DNA of 64,000 nucleotides. It comes from an uncultured Parachlamydiaceae bacterium. GTDB taxonomy: Bacteria > Chlamydiota > Chlamydiia > Chlamydiales > Parachlamydiaceae. The notes below the pieces were generated by a model, which saw nothing but the letters and a program-made list of their open reading frames with translations, made no database searches and was not told the origin of the DNA. Position 1 is the stretch's first letter. Each line of letters begins with the position of its first letter. The stretch is from the NCBI GenBank assembly GCA_963752155.1, contig CAVVXH010000010.1:32001-96000 (forward strand). The letters run 5' to 3'. The translations under genes and the position numbers were made by a program. This document shows, one piece after another, positions 9,915 through 20,252 of the stretch.

Positions 9915-10994
9915 TTAAATTTTTTGCAAAAACAAATTTTTCCATTTCTCAGCCATCGTTTTCCAAGTGTATTCTTTAAGAATAAAGTTTCCCATATCTT
10001 TGCGATTCTCTAAACTTATTTTATCAGCCTGAGACATCGCTTGGCAAAGTGTGTTGAAGTATTCAGCAGCATCGTAACATTTGTATCCATGCCGTACTGT
10101 TTCTGGCAAAGCCGAATTTTCTATGATGACAGGTATGGCTCCTGCTAATTGTGCTCGAAGAGCTGAAATACAAAAAACTTCGCAGCGAGTGCATGGATAA
10201 GTCCAAAATGAGGATTGACCATAAGCCCTATTCAATTCGCCGTGACTAACCAGACCGTGTTCCACGATGTCAAGCTCTGCACCATTTGTTATATGTTTGC
10301 GTAATTTAGTTTCTTTTTCCGGAGAAAGGAGGCCCCAATGTTGCCATCCATAATAAATATCGAGGGTTGCCCCAGGATATTGAAGTTTGACTTTGGGCCA
10401 GATATCTAACAAGATCTCTAAACCTCTGCTATAGTTGGATCCATAGATGCAAGAATAGGGGTTTTTGCGATTTTGAATTGGTTCGAATTGTTCTGGATTT
10501 ACACCATTGCCAAAAATCGGTTCAAATTTTGCAAATTCTGGATTTATTGAAATCCAATAGTCTCGTTGCCATTTTGAAAGCCATAAAACTCCATCAAATG
10601 CATGGATTTCTTTGGCAGATAGGCGGTGACTAAAGGCGTCGTGTGGCCAAAGATAGACTTTGCGGGCATATTTTTTAAGGAGTTCAGCACTCCATGGCAT
10701 ACGCCAGGCTATGGCAATATCGTAGAAGATTCCCTTGTCGTTGTTGTCTTCGCAAATCTCTATAAAACGTGGATTGCTTTCCGGCAAAGAGTGGGGAGAA
10801 TGTTTAGGAGGATTCCCTAAAACAGTGACTTTGTAGCCTAGTTTTGCAAGCTGTTGGGACATATAAATGACCGATTCTTCAGCCCCGGTAATCCCTGCAT
10901 TAATGCTATCGGGATCCCAGGATGGTGCCTCATCCACTTTATAGGTAACAATAACAATAGATGTGGCATTACTCGTCAAATCAGTCTGTTTCAT
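9915..10994 (-). CDS. GT-B glycosyltransferase (GT4-like), paralog 2
   Basis: GITGAEE, YGSNYSRGL, EVFCISALRAQLAG, ALPETV; highly similar to the adjacent gene. Confidence 0.85.
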   Translation of the reverse strand: MKQTDLTSNATSIVIVTYKVDEAPSWDPDSINAGITGAEESVIYMSQQLAKLGYKVTVLGNPPKHSPHSLPESNPRFIEICEDNNDKGIFYDIAIAWRMPWSAELLKKYARKVYLWPHDAFSHRLSAKEIHAFDGVLWLSKWQRDYWISINPEFAKFEPIFGNGVNPEQFEPIQNRKNPYSCIYGSNYSRGLEILLDIWPKVKLQYPGATLDIYYGWQHWGLLSPEKETKLRKHITNGAELDIVEHGLVSHGELNRAYGQSSFWTYPCTRCEVFCISALRAQLAGAIPVIIENSALPETVRHGYKCYDAAEYFNTLCQAMSQADKISLENRKDMGNFILKEYTWKTMAEKWKNLFLQKI

Positions 10995-12120
10995 CAGAAT
11001 GAACCGCTACAGCCTTATGAGAATCGAAAAGCTCCTTCCATTTTTCTGCGATTACTTTCCATGTATATTCCTTCAGAATAAAGTTTCCCATGGCTTTTCG
11101 ATCTTCAAGAGAGATTTGATCTGCATGAGCGAGCGCTTTGCTAAGCGTATCAAAGTATTCTGTTGTTGTTGAGCATTTGTAACCATGCCGGACTGTTTCG
11201 GGTAATGCCGATCCCTCGACAATGACAGGGATAGCTCCGGCTAACTGAGCCCGAATAGCAGTAATGCAGAAGACTTCAGGACAAAAGCAGGGATAGGTCC
11301 AAAATGAGGATCTTTCGTAAGCGCGGTTTAATTCCTCATGGCTAACAAGTCCATGTTCAGAAACATCCAGAGAAGCGTAGGAAGCGACTTGTTTGCGCAA
11401 TTTAGCTTCTTTTTCAGGAGAGAGGAGACCCCAGTGTTGCCATCCATAGTAGATGTCGAGTGTTGCTTTAGGGAATTGAAGTTTAATTTTTGGCCAGATA
11501 TCTAAGAGGACTTCTAAACCCCTGCTGTAGTTTGATCCATAGATACATGAATAGGGATTTTGCCGTTCTTGGAGAGGCTGAAATTGCTCAGGGTTTATTC
11601 CGTTGCCAAAAATGTGTTCAAATTGGGCAAGTTCAGGATTTCTAGCGATCCAGTATTCTCGCTGCCATTTAGAAATCCACAATACACCATCAAAACCATT
11701 AATTTCGTTGGCAGATAAACGATTGTCAAAAGTGTCATGAGGCCATAAGTAAACTTTGTGGGCATATTTCCTTATGGAATTTGCACTCCAAGGCATTCGC
11801 CAAGCAATGGCAATATCGTAGATCATGCCACTGCAGTAATTCATATCTACAAAACGAGGATTGCTTTGGGGAGTTGAGTGTCTTGAATTTTTGGGTGGAT
11901 CTCCTAGAACTGTCACTCGATACCCTAAATCAGCAAGATGTTGAGACATATAGATAACAGCTTCTTCGGAGCCTGTAATGCCGGATTTTATGCTTTCTGG
12001 ATCCCACGGGGTAGCTCCCCCCACTTTATAGGTGACGATGACGATTGATTCTGGCTGGTTTTCCCCAAAAATGGGTCCGTAAGTAAACAATGTGATGAGA
12101 AAAATAAAGAAAATCTGCAT
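10981..12120 (-). CDS. GT-B glycosyltransferase (GT4-like), paralog 1 with N-terminal signal/TM
   Basis: GITGSEE, YGSNYSRGL, EVFCITAIRAQLAG. Confidence 0.85.
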   Translation of the reverse strand: MQIFFIFLITLFTYGPIFGENQPESIVIVTYKVGGATPWDPESIKSGITGSEEAVIYMSQHLADLGYRVTVLGDPPKNSRHSTPQSNPRFVDMNYCSGMIYDIAIAWRMPWSANSIRKYAHKVYLWPHDTFDNRLSANEINGFDGVLWISKWQREYWIARNPELAQFEHIFGNGINPEQFQPLQERQNPYSCIYGSNYSRGLEVLLDIWPKIKLQFPKATLDIYYGWQHWGLLSPEKEAKLRKQVASYASLDVSEHGLVSHEELNRAYERSSFWTYPCFCPEVFCITAIRAQLAGAIPVIVEGSALPETVRHGYKCSTTTEYFDTLSKALAHADQISLEDRKAMGNFILKEYTWKVIAEKWKELFDSHKAVAVHSDETD

Positions 12121-12227
12121 GGAATCCTCCCTGAATTCTTTTGCAGAGTATATGAATTATAGCTTTCACACAATAGGAATTTCAAAATATAAGGTATGGA
12201 GTATAAGAAAAATTCAACGAATTTTTC

Positions 12228-13685
12228 TTAGTATTCCGCATCAGTCGATTTTGTAATCTCCCTAGACATCCAGGTAATCTCAGGAATTTTATTGAGGACA
12301 AGTTTGAAAACTGCTGCAAATAAGATTAGAAAATAGAGGCTTTTGTATATAAGACCTACTTCAGGAATAAAATAGAGAAAAAGTTCGGTGACAAAAAAAA
12401 GAGCAAAAAGGGTGCCGTTGGTTTTCGAAAGGAAGATGTCGTAAGATTTTAATAAATGGAAAGCAAAGCCAGCCATGATCGTCTGTGCAAGGAATTCTGC
12501 AAATACTGATCCGGCTGCAGCCCCGATGAGAAGATAACGAGGAATGAGAATGACATTCAAAAGAATTTTAGAGCTTATGACAGCGAGAGTCACCCATAAT
12601 GCAAATTTAGAGGTTTTGTTAAGCCTGCATACAGAAGCGCACATTTCTCCGATTGCCATTAAGAAATAACTCGCTGCAAGGAGATAGATAATTTGGTTTT
12701 CATTCCCATATTCTGAGCCAGCAAAAATAAGTTGCAAAATCTCACCAATAAACAAAATAAATGCACTGAAAAGCACTACAATTCCTCCAAGATATAGTGT
12801 AAAATCTTTTTTCAGTTTTAAATACCCTTGTTGAATGTTTAAATTAAAAACTCTAAAAAGGGAAGGCTCCCACACAGTCATAAATGGCTGAACAATTCCT
12901 ATCCAGAGTCCCATGGCAAATTTATAGGCTACAGCATAGATTCCAACGTCAGTCATATTTACATAATAATTGATGAACAAGCGGTCAGAAAGCAACAGCA
13001 CCCATCCACTTAAAGCTGTGAGAATGAGAGGAGCGCCGAAACGAATCATTTTCCATAAAAGAGGGAGAGAAATAAAATTTTTGTAGTAGGGGAGCTGAAG
13101 AGATTTGATGTGATAGCCTACGATGAGTAAGGCTGAAGATTTGGTAATCAGAAATATGGTAATAAAGTCGGTCATGTTCCCGCCGCGCATCACAACGACA
13201 TAAAAGCTCAGTCCATGGTGTATCAGGGCGATGAAGATGGCGTTAATTGCTAAGGAGGTGATTTTACCTTCCACACGCAAATAAGAATTAATCAATGTGA
13301 GCATGTAGTCAGAAAATAAGGCAAAGGCATAGATGGAAATAAATAGGGCTGCATTTTGGTGTTGAAAAAAGAACGGAGAGATTTTCGAGGAAAAGAGGGT
13401 TGTCACAAGCGCAAAAGCTAAGATCCATAAGCCAAAAAAAAAGGCAGAAGCGAACACTTGCTTTTGTTCGAGTGTTTCTTTTGCATGGCTATAGAATACG
13501 TAAAAGGCTGTGTTCATTCCTACAAATAACAGAATGGACAATATGCCTTGATACGCTTCCAGGAGAGCTACAATTCCGTAGTCGGTAGCTCCTAGGGCCT
13601 TTGCATATAAAGGAAAAGCCAGAAAGCCTAGGGCATTTGGCACTGCGGTTGCTAATAGAGAAATCAGATAGGGTTTTAATTTCAT
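12228..13685 (-). CDS. polysaccharide flippase (Wzx/MOP superfamily)
   Basis: Many TM helices; LGATDYG, SDRLFI, VGIYAVAYK and LNVILIPRY motifs. Confidence 0.85.
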   Translation of the reverse strand: MKLKPYLISLLATAVPNALGFLAFPLYAKALGATDYGIVALLEAYQGILSILLFVGMNTAFYVFYSHAKETLEQKQVFASAFFFGLWILAFALVTTLFSSKISPFFFQHQNAALFISIYAFALFSDYMLTLINSYLRVEGKITSLAINAIFIALIHHGLSFYVVVMRGGNMTDFITIFLITKSSALLIVGYHIKSLQLPYYKNFISLPLLWKMIRFGAPLILTALSGWVLLLSDRLFINYYVNMTDVGIYAVAYKFAMGLWIGIVQPFMTVWEPSLFRVFNLNIQQGYLKLKKDFTLYLGGIVVLFSAFILFIGEILQLIFAGSEYGNENQIIYLLAASYFLMAIGEMCASVCRLNKTSKFALWVTLAVISSKILLNVILIPRYLLIGAAAGSVFAEFLAQTIMAGFAFHLLKSYDIFLSKTNGTLFALFFVTELFLYFIPEVGLIYKSLYFLILFAAVFKLVLNKIPEITWMSREITKSTDAEY

Positions 13686-13708
13686 TCAGGCAACGAATTT
13701 TATTCTGC

Positions 13709-14116
13709 TCATTTTTTCGGGAGGTCTGGTGTTAAATGGCCATGTTTTACAAGATAATATCCTCCAGCAAAATTGCTTATAAGACCCCCGATAAGTAATC
13801 CAACTGCACCGAAGCCTCCAGCGAAGGGTATGAGTGCAAAGCAACCCCCTCCAAGAGTAATAAAAGCTACCACTGAGACTTTTTTAAATAAAGTTTCCCA
13901 TCTAGAAGGTTTTTTTTCATCTACGTTTGCATTTGAATCGTTTTCAAAAGTTATTTTCCTGTCAGAATTAAGAGGATTACCATTTTGAGTTGAACCTTGC
14001 GGGAATTCAGGCACCTGCACCAAAGGAGGGACATTTGTTTTTTGAGGACCAGGAGATGCGGGAGGTATAGGATTTGTGTTTGTGTCTGTATTTGGATCTA
14101 TTGGATTATTGTACAT
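13709..14116 (-). CDS. small protein with long bilobed hydrophobic domain (Inc-like candidate)
   Basis: RBS aggagg; Pro/Asn-rich N-terminus followed by a ~45-aa hydrophobic stretch. Confidence 0.6.
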   Translation of the reverse strand: MYNNPIDPNTDTNTNPIPPASPGPQKTNVPPLVQVPEFPQGSTQNGNPLNSDRKITFENDSNANVDEKKPSRWETLFKKVSVVAFITLGGGCFALIPFAGGFGAVGLLIGGLISNFAGGYYLVKHGHLTPDLPKK

Positions 14117-14427
14117 AAGTTTCCTCCTTAAAATGGATAGTATGTATAACATATACTTTTATATTATACAGTATTTGAATTTAAATTGCAAATCTAAGTG
14201 GATAGAGTTACGTAGGCTTTATCCATCAATATAGCCCTAACACTACTTTTTTTTCACTCAAATATTCACTAAAAGGGATGCGCACACGGGCACGAAATAA
14301 TTTTCAAAAAATCGTTCTAATTTCATGTGCTCTGTAAGATGTCCTCTTTATTCTTTAATTATTCACAATTTATGTTGTAATTTTAAATATCCTGTGCTAC
14401 AGGTCAGGTAAAAATAAGGGGATAACT

Positions 14428-14943
14428 ATGAGAAATTTAACGAGAAATTCGGTGCCATCAAATCTTGCTGTCCCAAATCATTTGGGTGCAGATGCTTGTG
14501 ATGAGATCTCACAAGCCATAAACCCTCTAGTGGCAGATGCCTTTGCGCTCTATATAAAGACAAAAAATTTTCATTGGCATTTATCGGGAAGGCATTTTCG
14601 TGACTACCATCTTTTGTTCGATGAACAAGCCGATCAAATTTTTGCAATGATAGATGTGTTGGCAGAAAGGGTGCGTAAACTTGGTAGACTTACGATTCAT
14701 TCGATTAAGCAAATTAGCCAGTTGCAAAATGTTAAAGACGACCAAGACGTATTTGTTGAGCCACAAGAAATGGCGAGACGGTTACTTGTGGAAAATAGCA
14801 AATTAGCTGAGCGTATGCTTTCTGCTCATCAGGTTTGTGATAACTTTCAAGATGTCGCGACTGCTAGTATTCTGGAAGTTTATATTGACGAAGCTGAAAG
14901 GCGTGCTTGGTTTCTTTATGAAGTTCAATGTGATGAAGAATAG
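14428..14943 (+). CDS. dps: Dps family ferritin-like DNA protection protein
   Basis: KTKNFHWH, HLLFDEQ, DVLAERVR, ERRAWFL. Confidence 0.95.
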   Translation: MRNLTRNSVPSNLAVPNHLGADACDEISQAINPLVADAFALYIKTKNFHWHLSGRHFRDYHLLFDEQADQIFAMIDVLAERVRKLGRLTIHSIKQISQLQNVKDDQDVFVEPQEMARRLLVENSKLAERMLSAHQVCDNFQDVATASILEVYIDEAERRAWFLYEVQCDEE

Positions 14944-14951
14944 AGATTAAA

Positions 14952-16595
14952 ATGAAAATCAGTCCATTGGCTGGAAAGCCGGCTCCATCGTCAATCCTTA
15001 TCGATATAACAAAATTACAAAATGCCTATTATTCGGAAATCCCTGATCCTTCAGTGAACGAACAGAGAGTTATTTTTGGCACTTCTGGACATCGAGGTTC
15101 TTCTTTTGATAAAGCATTTAATGAATGGCATATCCTAGCTATTACACAAGCGATTTGCTTATACCGCAAACAACAGAATATTAGCGGTCCTTTATATATT
15201 GGAATAGATACACATGCTCTATCTCAGCCTGCACTAAGAAATGCACTGGAGGTCTTGGCGGCAAATGATGTCCAAGTCATGCTTTCAGAAAAAGATGAAT
15301 ATACGCCGACTCCTGCGATATCTCACGCAATTTTATCTTACAATAAAGGACGCCAAAGTGGACTGGCGGATGGGATTGTGATCACTCCTTCGCACAATCC
15401 TCCTAACGAGGGGGGATTTAAATACGATCCACCAAGTGGAGGCCCAGCGGATCAAAATACGACGCGTTGGATTGAGACTAAAGCAAATGAATTTTTGCAA
15501 AATAGGCTTTCTGGAGTCTTGAGAATCAATTATGATAAAGCGTTGCAAGCCAAAACAACCCATAGACATAACTATTTAGAGGCCTATGTCAATGATTTGG
15601 CTAATGTCATAGATTTTGATCTTATTCGAAGTTCTGGAGTCAGTATGGGAGTAGATCCTCTCGGAGGAGCTAGCGTGCACTACTGGAAAGCAATTTCGGA
15701 ACGCTATCATCTGAATCTAACGGTTGTGCGTGAAACTGTCGATCCAACGTTTAGCTTTATGACCGTTGATTGGGACGGCAAAATACGGATGGACCCCTCT
15801 TCATCCTATGCCATGCAGAAATTAATAGGACTGAAGGATCGGTTTCAGGTCGCTTTTGCATGCGATACCGATGCGGATAGACATGGCATTGTGACCAAAA
15901 GTAGCGGGTTAATGCAACCCAATCACTATTTATCAGTGGCTATTTTTTATTTATTTCAACATAGACCTCATTGGAAAAAAACAGCAGCAGTTGGAAAGAC
16001 TGTCGTAAGCAGCCAGATGATTGATCGCGTGATAGCTAAGTTAAAAGGTAAACTATATGAAGTGCCGGTGGGTTTTAAATGGTTTGTTGATGGTTTGTTG
16101 GATGGATCTTTGGGATTTGGCGGTGAAGAAAGTGCCGGTGCATCTTTTGTTAGAATGGATGGATCTGTATGGACAACAGATAAAGATGGAATTATTGCAG
16201 CATTGCTAGCGGCAGAGATTACAGGAAAAATGGGGCGCGATCCAGGAGAAATTTACCAAAGTTTAACGAATGAATTAGGCACTTCATTTTATGAGCGTGT
16301 AGAGGCTGTAGCCACATTTGAGCAAAAGAAAGCATTAGGAAAAATTTCGGCGCAGCAAATACAAATTAAAGAGTTAGCAGGAGAAAAGATTGAATCGATA
16401 TTAACGAATGCCCCTGGGAATAATGCTCCGATAGGTGGAGTGAAGGTAAGTTCTAAGAATGGATGGTTTGCAGCACGACCATCAGGTACAGAGGACATTT
16501 ATAAGATTTACGGAGAAAGCTTTTTGAGCCAGGTTCATTTGAAGAGTATTTTAGAAGATGCTCAAACAATTGTGAATAGTGCACTGGTTGTATAG
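14952..16595 (+). CDS. pgm: phosphoglucomutase
   Basis: FGTSGHRG, TPSHNPP, DTDADR, GEESAG, RPSGTE. Confidence 0.96.
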   Translation: MKISPLAGKPAPSSILIDITKLQNAYYSEIPDPSVNEQRVIFGTSGHRGSSFDKAFNEWHILAITQAICLYRKQQNISGPLYIGIDTHALSQPALRNALEVLAANDVQVMLSEKDEYTPTPAISHAILSYNKGRQSGLADGIVITPSHNPPNEGGFKYDPPSGGPADQNTTRWIETKANEFLQNRLSGVLRINYDKALQAKTTHRHNYLEAYVNDLANVIDFDLIRSSGVSMGVDPLGGASVHYWKAISERYHLNLTVVRETVDPTFSFMTVDWDGKIRMDPSSSYAMQKLIGLKDRFQVAFACDTDADRHGIVTKSSGLMQPNHYLSVAIFYLFQHRPHWKKTAAVGKTVVSSQMIDRVIAKLKGKLYEVPVGFKWFVDGLLDGSLGFGGEESAGASFVRMDGSVWTTDKDGIIAALLAAEITGKMGRDPGEIYQSLTNELGTSFYERVEAVATFEQKKALGKISAQQIQIKELAGEKIESILTNAPGNNAPIGGVKVSSKNGWFAARPSGTEDIYKIYGESFLSQVHLKSILEDAQTIVNSALVV

Positions 16596-16600
16596 TAGAT

Positions 16601-16765
16601 GAGAAAGATTATAGGAAAAATTAAACGCAAAGACACGAAGGCACAAAGAGCACAAAGAGATCTTGCATGTAAAGTATAAAATTTACCTATTTTTTCTTTA
16701 AACTGAAGATTCTTTGCGTAAGATCTCTTTGTGCCTTCGTGCCTTTGTGTTGAATCTTTCCTATA
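16601..16765. repeat. palindromic repeat element A, copy 2
   Basis: Same arms as 9687-9864; central spacer is the reverse complement. Confidence 0.8.
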
Positions 16766-16872
16766 CGTATCGGTAAATAAGATGGTAAGCGTTTAAGCGC
16801 TGATTTATATTGACCTAAAAAGATCAATAAAGAACTATGTTATATCCACCAGCAATAAAAGAGTCGATATAA

Positions 16873-18426
16873 ATGAAAAGTTTTTGCATCGCAGGACCTA
16901 TAAGTGAATCAAGGAATTATTTTGTACCTAAACGGCTTGATTGGCTTCAGTTAGAGACTTTAATTGATCAAATGCACTATTTTATTTTGCATGCACCTCG
17001 TCAAAGTGGAAAAACTTCTGCTATTTTAGAATTTGCCAAGCATTTGAATCAGCAAGCTAAATGCACTGCGTTATACATAACTACAGAGCCTGCTCATCCA
17101 GCAAAAAATGACATTGAACGAGCTTTTTTCTGGCTCTTGTCGCAATGTGAATCTCAGATTGCCATCCAGCTTCCGGATCAAAAGGAAATTCGCGACTTTT
17201 TACAACCCATTCTTAAAGAGCGCCCAATCTCTGAAGATGCTTTTTTTCGCTTTTTAACCTATTGGGCAGAATTTACTAAAAGGCCATTGATCTTTTTTTT
17301 TGATGAAATCGATGGACTTATTGAAAATACTCTCGTCTCATTACTCAAACAATTGCGTACGGGTTATACAAATCGGCCTGACCATTTTCCTCAGTCAATC
17401 TGTCTCATCGGTGTTCGCAATTTACAAGATTATAAACTTACCTCGATGGAAGAGGAAGAAAAAGGAATTTTACTCAGTCCTTTTAATATCGTAGCTGACT
17501 CTTTGTTTTTGCGAAATTTCTCTTTAGAACAAGTGTGGGATCTCTATGGTCAACATACCCAAGAAACGGGCCAATGTTTTACCCCCGAGGCCATTGAGTA
17601 CGTTTATTATCTTACGCAAGGACAACCCTGGCTTACCAATGCTCTAGCCTATCAAGTTTGTTTTAGAAATGAAATAGATCGCTCGAAGACTATTACTAAA
17701 GATAACATTGAAGTTGCAAAGGATCAACTTATTTTGAGAAACGACACACACATAAGTTCTCTCACTGAAAGACTCAATGAACCTCGAGTATGTAATATCA
17801 TTGATGCTATTATCAGTGGCTTAAGCGGTGCAGTTTCTCTAAATCCCGATGATATCCAGTACGTCCGGGATCTAGGTTTAGTCAAAACTGACAGTTGGGA
17901 AATTGCTAATCCTATTTACCAACAAATCATTCCACGAGCACTTACGCAAGTCTTGCAAGGGTTGATCAAAGTGGATTGTAGTTGGTATGTCGATAATTCC
18001 GGAAAACTTAATGTAATTAAATTACTTGAGAGTTTTACTGATTTTTTCAGAGAAAATGCTGAAGGATATCGAGCAAAAACTCCCTATTTAGAATCCTATC
18101 CACATCTTTTACTTATGTCCTATCTTCAACGTGTGGTCAATGGGGGAGGCATGATTCATCGAGAATATGGTGTAGGAAGAAAACGAGTTGATCTTTTAAT
18201 TGAATGGAAAAAAAGAGAGCGTTATATCATTGAAATAAAAATAAAATATGGTGAAGACACACTAAAAAAAGGCCTTAAGCAATCGGTTGAATATCTTGAT
18301 CTTTGCAAAGCTACAGAAGCACATCTTCTTATTGTGGATAGAAACTCTAAAAAAAGTTGGGAAGAGAGAATATCGAACGAGGAAGTAATTTTCGGTGGAA
18401 AAAAGATTCACGTATGGACCTTGTAA
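16873..18426 (+). CDS. AAA-like ATPase with C-terminal PD-(D/E)XK nuclease-like domain
   Basis: HAPRQSGKT, FFDEID; C-terminal REY...RVDL...IEIK. Confidence 0.85.
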   Translation: MKSFCIAGPISESRNYFVPKRLDWLQLETLIDQMHYFILHAPRQSGKTSAILEFAKHLNQQAKCTALYITTEPAHPAKNDIERAFFWLLSQCESQIAIQLPDQKEIRDFLQPILKERPISEDAFFRFLTYWAEFTKRPLIFFFDEIDGLIENTLVSLLKQLRTGYTNRPDHFPQSICLIGVRNLQDYKLTSMEEEEKGILLSPFNIVADSLFLRNFSLEQVWDLYGQHTQETGQCFTPEAIEYVYYLTQGQPWLTNALAYQVCFRNEIDRSKTITKDNIEVAKDQLILRNDTHISSLTERLNEPRVCNIIDAIISGLSGAVSLNPDDIQYVRDLGLVKTDSWEIANPIYQQIIPRALTQVLQGLIKVDCSWYVDNSGKLNVIKLLESFTDFFRENAEGYRAKTPYLESYPHLLLMSYLQRVVNGGGMIHREYGVGRKRVDLLIEWKKRERYIIEIKIKYGEDTLKKGLKQSVEYLDLCKATEAHLLIVDRNSKKSWEERISNEEVIFGGKKIHVWTL

Positions 18427-18532
18427 GTAGTACAATCATTTTCAATAAATTAACCAGAATTCCTTGACTTGTAATCTTTGTTAATCTAGAATTAACGTGT
18501 CTATAATTCTTATAAATGAAGGAGCAAAATCA

Positions 18533-20143
18533 ATGGAACCTGTAGAAAATTCTCAAATCTATTCTCAAATTCAAAATTTTTACTCATCCTCCAGTGAAAA
18601 ATTGAATAAAAAATTTAAAAATGAATTAAATGAATTGCATAAAACTGTTTTTTCTATTTATGAAGAGATCATTCGCATTAAAAAGCCCATCCTAGCATCT
18701 TCTAGCATGCTGCTTGATATACGTTCAAGATTATATACTATAAGAAAACATTTTTCTAAACTTCCTCATGTTTTAAATAAAATTAATGATTTGATCATAT
18801 ATATCAATAAAAATGAGCCTAGTTTTAGAGAAATGACTTTGATGATGCCCAAAGAATTTATACGAAATATTATCAAAATTGTATTAGATTTGGATTACGA
18901 TGAATTAGATAACTATAAAGTTGCAACCTTGGATGAATTTAAACTTGCTGATCTGATAAGTGATGGGCAAGCTAATATAAACAATTATTTAGATGATAGA
19001 AAAAGAGATGAATTTTTGCCACGAGATCAACAAAAATTTCAAATTCGAGTGGATAGATTGAACAAAATGTTTGGTTTTCATGGTTATCAAGATTGGCCTG
19101 ATGAAATTTTTCATGAATGTTTTAATTCAGTTAATTTCAATTTTAGATTTTTGAAGGAGCAGCTTCGTGAATCTGATTTGAATCTTGTATTGCCCCATTT
19201 AGAAAGATTAAATCGTTTCAATAATTTAATTGATATTCAAAATTTCAGTTCTATTATTACTCCATTACAGCAGCTAACATCTCTTAATTTAGGAAAATGT
19301 TATTCTCTCAATGATAGAACGATTCAGAAAATCAGTGTGTTGACAAATCTTAAATTTCTTTTTCTTGCGCATGTTCCTGGGATTACTGAGGAAAGTCTAA
19401 AATATATTCGGCCATTGACAAAATTGCAAATACTTGACTTGTCTCGATTTACTGAAGAACAACAGAAACGGCTTAACTTGCCAAGCCTGCGAGGTATCTC
19501 GGATCTTGTTCCACTCGTCAATTTGCGAATGTTAAATTTATCCAATTCTCCAATCCAGTTAAGTTTTAGACATCTTGCTCTATTGACAAATATGCAATTT
19601 CTTAATTTTGATTCTTGGCACGTTCCAAGGAGTAAAATCCTTAAAGAGAAAAATTTTAAACTTCTTGGTCAACTGACAAAGCTACATTTTCTGAATCTAA
19701 ATTATTATCCTCTTGATAACTCCGAGATCAAGTATTTAACATCGTTAACAAATTTGCGATCTCTTGCTATTTCTGGAACCCTAAATGATGAGGGTCTTAA
19801 ACATCTTTCTCCGCTGTGTCTTCAAAGCCTCAAGCTCCAAAGTTGTAGCATCACTGATGAAGGCGTTAAGGATTTTTCTATCTCAACGAGTTTGAAGAAT
19901 CTTACGAATTTAGATCTTTCGAATTGTAATGCTATAACACATAAAGCTTATGAACATCTTGCTCAGTTGGTTGCTTTAGAAGATCTTGATCTTTCTTGCA
20001 CTCAATTAACAAATCAAGGTTTTAGACATCTGATGCAGTTAACAGCATTAAAGGTGTTAAAAATTGTAGATTGTGATGGGATTGAGATAACCAATGAAAT
20101 TCAAGAATGTTTTGGAATGGTTCTTCAGATATATGGGATGTAA
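18533..20143 (+). CDS. leucine-rich repeat protein (FBXL/RI-like repeats), candidate effector
   Basis: Repeated LTNLxxLxL...ITDEGLKHL units in the C-terminal half; RBS aggag. Confidence 0.85.
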   Translation: MEPVENSQIYSQIQNFYSSSSEKLNKKFKNELNELHKTVFSIYEEIIRIKKPILASSSMLLDIRSRLYTIRKHFSKLPHVLNKINDLIIYINKNEPSFREMTLMMPKEFIRNIIKIVLDLDYDELDNYKVATLDEFKLADLISDGQANINNYLDDRKRDEFLPRDQQKFQIRVDRLNKMFGFHGYQDWPDEIFHECFNSVNFNFRFLKEQLRESDLNLVLPHLERLNRFNNLIDIQNFSSIITPLQQLTSLNLGKCYSLNDRTIQKISVLTNLKFLFLAHVPGITEESLKYIRPLTKLQILDLSRFTEEQQKRLNLPSLRGISDLVPLVNLRMLNLSNSPIQLSFRHLALLTNMQFLNFDSWHVPRSKILKEKNFKLLGQLTKLHFLNLNYYPLDNSEIKYLTSLTNLRSLAISGTLNDEGLKHLSPLCLQSLKLQSCSITDEGVKDFSISTSLKNLTNLDLSNCNAITHKAYEHLAQLVALEDLDLSCTQLTNQGFRHLMQLTALKVLKIVDCDGIEITNEIQECFGMVLQIYGM

Positions 20144-20252
20144 TTTTTAATGTGTTTTAGATGTTGAAAAATAGTTTGATTAAGCATATATTAAGTTTAA
20201 TGCTTTCATTGGTGAATATTTACTTACATCACAAACTATAACAAGGATAAAA

